A DNA stretch of 64,000 nt from an uncultured Gemmatimonadales bacterium. GTDB taxonomy: Bacteria > Gemmatimonadota > Gemmatimonadetes > Gemmatimonadales > GWC2-71-9. Location: assembly GCA_963842945.1 (NCBI GenBank), contig CAWJIM010000024.1, positions 64,001 to 128,000 on the forward strand. The letters run 5' to 3'. Positions 57,730 through 64,000 of the stretch are shown one piece after another. The position numbers and the translations under genes were made by a program. The notes under the pieces are model-generated. The model worked only from the letters and a program-made list of their open reading frames with translations. It was not told the DNA's origin and did not search any database. Within the stretch, counting starts at the first letter, position 1; the number at the start of each line of letters is the position of its first letter.

Positions 57730-58166
57730 GGTGCCAGACTCTCCACCACCAGCTCCGCTCCCGGTGCTCCGGCCTGGCTGTAGAGCACCATCCCGTTGCG
57801 ATCAATGAGACAGACGGAACGGGAAATTCCCTTGCCGTCCGGCTTCAGCGTGCCGTAGGCGCGACTGATCGCGAGGTTGGTGTCGGAGAGCAGGGGAAAA
57901 GGCAGCCCCAGCTTGGCGGCATAACTCGCATGGCTTTCTACCGACGCGGGGTTTACCCCGAACGGGCGGATGTCGTGGCTGGTGAAGGTCTCGATCTCGT
58001 CGCGCACGGCGGAGAGTTGGCGGTTTCAGCCAGGGGTGTTGTTGCCGGGATAGAAGACCAGCAGCACTCGGCTCTCCTGCAGCAAATCCATCAGCCGGTA
58101 CCGCCGTCCATCAGACGCATCGGCCGCAAAGTCGGGTGCGGGGGAGCCAGGTTGCAGGAGAGTCAT
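57726..58166 (-). CDS. BCP/AhpC-TSA peroxiredoxin with in-frame UGA (predicted selenocysteine 47)
   Basis: MTLLQPGSPAPDF...LLVFYPGNNTPG-UGA-NRQL...FGVN...LPFPLLSD...RSVCLID; UGA at 58026-58028; 146 aa. Confidence 0.85.
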
Positions 58167-59030
58167 GAAGCCACCGATCTCTGAGGTTGATTCTTCCACT
58201 CATCCAGTCGATCCAGCCACTCTCGCGGCACCTGCTGTGAGCCCATGGCTCCGTGAGTTGAGCCGGGCTCGGGATCGCCATGCCAGTCGCTCCCCCCAGT
58301 CCGGAGGAGGCCAAGTTGGAGGGCGATATCGGTAAGCCGCGCGCGAAGGTCGGGATCGTGGCTCGGGTGCCGAGTCTCGATCGCGTCCAGGCCCTCTCCC
58401 TTGAATCGTTCAACGATCTCGCGGGTACCGCGTTCCTTCAAGTGCGCGATCGAGACCACACCTCCCGCGGCATGGACAACCGCTGCCACCTCAGCAAAGC
58501 GGGGCAGCGTCTTCTCCACGAACGCCGGACGGCCCCGCCCAATCAGTCGGTCGAAGGCATCGTTGGCGTTGGCGGCCCCGCCATGGCGCACCAGCGCGCG
58601 AGCCACGTGCGGCCGGCCCACGGCGGCACCGCCGGATTCCTGCAGCACATTCTCGAACGAGAGGTCAAGGCCGAGGCGCTGCAGGTGGCTCGACCATCTC
58701 CCGGGCCCGCCGCAACCGATCTGCTCTGCAGCGCTCGAGAAACGCCTCCAGCTCGGCCGACTGCGAAGGAAGCAGGTATCCCAGGACGTGCATCTCGCCC
58801 CAGGGCGCGGCCACGGAGAATTCGCAGCCGGCCACCACCCGAACGCCGTAGCGCTCCCCGGCTGCCAGTGCTTCGGGTATTCCGGCGAGGGTATCGTGAT
58901 CAGTGAGCGCCACGGCGCTTAGTCCGGCGTCACGGGCCCGTCGAACCACTCCCTCGGGTGACACTCTTCCGTCTGAGGCCGTCGAGTGCACGTGCAGGTC
59001 GACAGTCCCAGAGACCGCAGGAGAGCTCAG
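58163..59030 (-). CDS. PHP-domain metal-dependent phosphoesterase (frameshift near 58688; start uncertain)
   Basis: DLHVHSTASDG; LTDHD; HVLGY; GRPHVA; GGSDWHG. Confidence 0.88.
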
Positions 59031-59293
59031 CGCCGATACCCCATCTCGGGTGCGGTCCAGGAAGGCTGCGAGTAACGAAGTAGCTCCTTCAGCTCCTGAT
59101 CGCTGAGCTGTCCCAGCGACGTCTCCCGGCTCTTGGCGCCGAGCGGAGAATAGCGCACCACCCGCCGCTCCTGTTGCGCGCCGGTGCCGCGGGTGAACAC
59201 CAGGCCGAACTCATCCTTGACGTACTGGGTGACCCGGCCGCTGACCGACACTTCCCACTGCTTGCCGTCTACCTCGATGACCCGCCGCGGCAT
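59027..59293 (-). CDS. Small hypothetical protein (88 aa)
   Basis: Start overlaps the E2 stop; typical codon usage; no family recognised. Confidence 0.75.
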   Translation of the reverse strand: MPRRVIEVDGKQWEVSVSGRVTQYVKDEFGLVFTRGTGAQQERRVVRYSPLGAKSRETSLGQLSDQELKELLRYSQPSWTAPEMGYRR

Positions 59294-60747
59294 CAGGCCC
59301 CGCTCTCCGGAAAGTCCTGCAGTCCCTGCTTCACATCGGCCATGAAGCGATCCGCGTCCGCCCCGTCTACGATCCGATGATCGAAGGCCAGCGAGAGAAG
59401 TCCCTTGGTGCGGACCGCGATCATGTCGGCACCGTCCACGGTGATCACCGCCGGTTGCTTCTCGATGGTGCCGACGCAGAGAATGGCCGCCTGGGGCTGG
59501 TTGATGATGGGGGTGCCGATGGCCGACCCGAATACCCCAGGATTGGTGATGGTGAATGTCCCCTTCTGTACTTCGTCCGGGCTCAGCTTCTTGGTCCGGG
59601 CCCGCTCGCCCAGATCGTTGATGGCCCGGGCAACGCCGAGGAGAGACAACTCATCCGCCCGCTTGATCACCGGAACGATCAAGCCCCAGTCCAAAGCGAC
59701 GGCGATGCCGATGTTGATGTCGCGCCGGAACAGGGTGCTCTCACCAGACACGGCCGAGTTCAGCACCGGATGTTTCCGGAGGTTATCGGCCACGACCTTG
59801 GTGATGAACGCGAGGTAGGTCAGGTTCACCCCCCGTTCGGCGTACTCCTGCTTCCGCCGGGCGCGAATCTGGACGATGCGGGTGTAGTCGATCTCGAAGA
59901 TGGTGTTGACATGGGGCGAGACCCGCCGCGACATGACCATGTGGTCCGCGGTGAGCTTCCGGATCCGCGACCAGGGCTCGACCCGATCGCCGTCCCAAGG
60001 ATCGACGGTTGGAGCCGGCGCAAGCGGGGCGGCGGGGCCGCGGGGCGGCGGGGCGGTGACAGTCCCTGCGGGAACTGGAGTTGGTCTCGAGGGTGCTGCC
60101 CCGTCCGATGTAGCCCAGCATGTCGTTCTTCGTGACCCGGCCGGCGAGCCCGGTGCCGGGTACCGCGCTGATGTCCACGTTATGCTCGGCCGCCATCTTA
60201 CGGACCACCGGGGTCGATTTCCGCCGCAGCCGCTCTTCGGCCGTCTCCGCCGCCCCGTTGCCGCCGGTGGCATCGGCGACGGGCCGGGCTTCAGCGCTGG
60301 CAGTTGCGGGAGCTCCCCTCGGCGGCGGCGCTGAAGGCTGACTGGCGCCGGAGCCACCCTTGGGAGGAGCAGATGGTGCAGGAGCCACTGGGGCCGGAGG
60401 AGCCCCAGTGGGCGCCGCGGGCTTGCTCGGTGCCGGTGCGTTGGGCGGTGGTGCCGCCGGACGGGGGCTCTCGGGTGCGGCCGGTTTCGCCGCTGCACCG
60501 GCAGTGGCGTCGGTCTCGATCCGGGCCACGACGGTCTGACCGCGACGGTCTGACCCTCCTGCACCAGGATCTCGGCCAGTACACCGGCATTCGGAGCCGG
60601 GATCTCGGCATCGACCTTGTCGGTCGAGATCTCGAAGATCGGCTCGTCCCGCTTGACCGTGTCTCCCACCTTCTTGATCCAGCGGGACAGCGTGCCCTCG
60701 GCGATCGACTCGCCCATCTGGGGCATGATCACGTCTATCTTGGCCAT
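59293..60747 (-). CDS. 2-oxoacid dehydrogenase E2 acyltransferase (two compensating indels, ~60540 and ~60106)
   Basis: Lipoyl domain EISTDKVDAE; E3-binding domain TPVVRKMAAEH...GRVTKND (in ORF 59783-60529); catalytic DHRIVDG. Confidence 0.92.
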   Translation of the reverse strand: MAKIDVIMPQMGESIAEGTLSRWIKKVGDTVKRDEPIFEISTDKVDAEIPAPNAGVLAEILVQEGQTVAVRPSWPGSRPTPLPVQRRNRPHPRAPVRRHHRPTHRHRASPRRPLGLLRPQWLLHHLLLPRVAPAPVSLQRRRRGELPQLPALKPGPSPMPPAATGRRRRPKSGCGGNRPRWSVRWRPSITWTSARYPAPGSPAGSRRTTCWATSDGAAPSRPTPVPAGTVTAPPPRGPAAPLAPAPTVDPWDGDRVEPWSRIRKLTADHMVMSRRVSPHVNTIFEIDYTRIVQIRARRKQEYAERGVNLTYLAFITKVVADNLRKHPVLNSAVSGESTLFRRDINIGIAVALDWGLIVPVIKRADELSLLGVARAINDLGERARTKKLSPDEVQKGTFTITNPGVFGSAIGTPIINQPQAAILCVGTIEKQPAVITVDGADMIAVRTKGLLSLAFDHRIVDGADADRFMADVKQGLQDFPESGA

Positions 60748-60763
60748 GCGAATCTCCGATTCG

Positions 60764-60878
60764 GCGGGTCGGCGGGGCAGTGAGGCGGCAGGGCAGCCAC
60801 CGATACCATCGCCGGTCTTCACCGAAATTAACCGCCCCTCTCTCCCTCCGCCCTCCCTAGCTGCCCGCTGACTCAGCC
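60764..60878. repeat. Degenerate inverted 8-bp tandem arrays between E1-beta and E2
   Basis: gcgggtcg gcggggca gtgaggcg gcagggca ... cgcccctc tctccctc cgccctcc ... tgcccgc. Confidence 0.65.
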
Positions 60879-61857
60879 CTAATACGCCGCCAGCCACCTC
60901 GCCGCCCTCACGATGTCCGCCGTCTGCGGCAACACGAAGTCCTCCAGCTGCGGAGCGTAGGGCAGCGGCACGTCGTGCGCGGCCACCCGCTTGATCGGCG
61001 CATCGAGCCACTCGAACGCGAGATCGTTGATCCGGGCGGCGATCTCGCCCGCCACTCCACCGGTCACGGTGTCCTCGTGCACGATCAGCACCCGATTGGT
61101 CTTTTTTACCGTCGCCGCGATGGCCTCATCATCCATCGGCAGACAGCGACCGGAGGTCGAGCACCTCGACGGAGAGCCCGTCCTCCCGCTCCAGCTGCTC
61201 GGCCGCCTCGAGCGCCTTCCACACGGTGGCGGCGTAGGTGATGATCGACAGGTCGCGTCCTTCCCGCGCCAGGCGAGCCTTGCCGATGGGCACCACGTGA
61301 TCGCCCGTGGGCAGCTCTTCCTTGATCCGGCGGTAGAGATACTTGTGCTCGAAGAAGAGCACGCAGTCGTCGTCCCGGATGGCGGCCTTGATCAGCCCCT
61401 TGGCATCGCTCGCCGTGGCCGGATAGACGATCTTGAGCCCGGGCGTATGGAGAAACGCCGCCTCGGGGTTCTGCGAATGAAACGGCCCGCCGCGGACGTA
61501 CCCGCCGCTCGGTCCGCGCACCACCATGGGACACGGCAGAAAGGCGCGGTAGCGGGCGGTCGCGACGTAGTTGGTGAGCATGTCGTAGGCGCAGGAGATG
61601 AAGTCGATGAACTGCATCTCGCAGACCGGACGCATGCCCATGTGCGCCGCGCCGGCCGCCGCGCCAACGATGGCCGCCTCCGACAGCGGCGTATCGATCA
61701 CCCGCTGCTCGCCGAAGCGGGCCTGCAGCCCTTCGGTCACCTTGAACGCGCCACCGTAGGCGCCGATGTCCTCGCCCAGGCAGAGCACCTCGGGGTCCCG
61801 CTCCATCTCCTCGAACAATCCCTGGCGGATCGCCTCGAGATAGGTGGTCTCAGCCAT
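60879..61857 (-). CDS. 2-oxoacid dehydrogenase E1 beta (frameshift near 61143)
   Basis: GEDIGAYGGAFKVT; DTPLSE; HSQNPE; VLIVHED; LDAPIKRV. Confidence 0.93.
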
Positions 61858-62961
61858 CGTGGGTTCCCCAGCTCGCCGGCCGCTCGTGGCGTCTCACCGC
61901 CGATCGTATCCCCTCCCGGATACCAGAGCACCGGTGCCGCGGCCGGATCGGCGTACACCCCGCGGAGCGCGTCGCGCGGCTCGGGCGCGGGCGACGCCTC
62001 CGCCTCGTCGGTGGCTCGATCGATCTCCAGCCTGACCCGAGCGTCGATCGCGCTCCAGCTCGGCGGCCGGGAATCCGTACTGTCCGGTGAGCTCGCTGGA
62101 TGTAGCGGTCGACCGGATCGTTCTCCCGGGCCCAGCGGTCGATCTCGCCGGGCGGCACGTACGACTGGTTGTCGTGCTCGGCGTGGCCCTTGCGCCGGTA
62201 GGTCACCAGCTCGATCAGGGTGACGCCCTCTCCCGACCGGGCCCGGTCCACCGCCTCCTTGGTGACCTGGTAGGTCGCCACGACATCGTTCCCGTCTGCC
62301 CGCACGCCGGGAATCCCGTAGCCGACTCGCCTTGTCCTTGAAGCTGGTGCACGCGGTCTGCTTGCTGGTGGGAGTGGAGTAGGCGTAGCCGTTGTTCTCC
62401 ACGATCACCACCAGCGGGCAGCGCTGGACCGCGGCGAAGTTGATCCCCTCGTGGAACGCGCCGGTGGAGGTGGCCCCGTCGCCCACGTACACCAGCCCGA
62501 CCCGCGGCTCGTCCCGCAGCTTGAACGAAAGGGTGACCCCGGCCATGACCGGCACCATGTCGCCCAGATGCGAGATCTGGCCGATGAACCCGCGCACCGT
62601 GTCGCCGAAATGAATGTTCAGCTCGCGGCCCCGGGTGGGTGAGTCGCCCTTGGCCATGTATTGCCGCAGGATCTCGAGCGGGGTGGCGCCCTGCACCAGC
62701 ATGGAGCCGAGATTGCGGATCAGCGGAGAGAGGACGTCGCCCTTGGAGCGGTCCAGCGCGTAGGCGGAGCCCACCGCGTCGGCCTCCTGGCCCAGGGAGC
62801 GGAACAGTCCCCCGACCACCTTGGTCTGCCGGTACAGATTGACCAGCCGCTCCTCCAGCGAGCGGGTGAGCCGCATGTAGTAGTACAGCTCGAGCAGCTG
62901 ATCGCGGGTCAGCCCGGGACCAGCGGCCCGTGGACGCGGCGACGGCGCCGCGAGCGGCCAT
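61850..62961 (-). CDS. 2-oxoacid dehydrogenase E1 alpha (at least 3 frameshifts)
   Basis: TPP motif GDGATSTGAFHEG...ENN; DGNDV; TYRRKGHAEHD; spread over three frames. Confidence 0.88.
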
Positions 62962-62974
62962 GCATGAGACCTAT

Positions 62975-64000
<1,026 letters not shown>

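Noticed and set aside
59028..59030. CTG start codon for the PHP gene (CTGA overlap)
   Set aside because: Plausible but cannot be verified from sequence alone; a local sequencing error could equally hide a normal start.

Overview
High-GC bacterial core-genome window, almost entirely on the minus strand. Gene content and protein style suggest Gemmatimonadota (inference). About 20 single-base indels split conserved genes and cluster towards the 3' end, which points to a low-coverage long-read assembly. In reading order on the minus strand the window holds: hppA; a 2-oxoacid dehydrogenase E1a/E1b/E2 set; a PHP / peroxiredoxin / 2xSDR / hypothetical / trxB / MBL block; a GT4 / deacetylase / flippase-like triad; aspA-like and cupin genes; a divergent nucleotidyltransferase / metallophosphoesterase pair; an Rrf2-cysM-JAB-(Ubl-E1-rhodanese) sulfur-relay operon; tRNA-Leu; smpB; an amidase; pyrD-pyrF; an alpha operon lacking rpsD; rpmB; nucleotide-sugar genes interleaved with carB and murB; bamD-nadD-secA-radC-rel-EVE-uvrB-tsaE-tsaB-rimI; ssb; a LysM protein; and a tol-pal operon. 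The main highlights are: (1) tatC runs in frame through an internal signal-peptide-like segment (AEA|Q) into an LptD-like beta-barrel, a candidate polyprotein; (2) an uncalled peroxiredoxin has UGA exactly at the peroxidatic Cys position, with a candidate SECIS; (3) a ubiquitin-like sulfur carrier is fused through GG to its own E1, next to a JAB protease; (4) a family of 7/8/9-bp inverted tandem-repeat elements sits at gene ends, with one array inserted in frame in carB; (5) a nucleotidyltransferase / phosphoesterase pair that could act as writer and eraser. No CRISPR array, prophage or transposase was seen.
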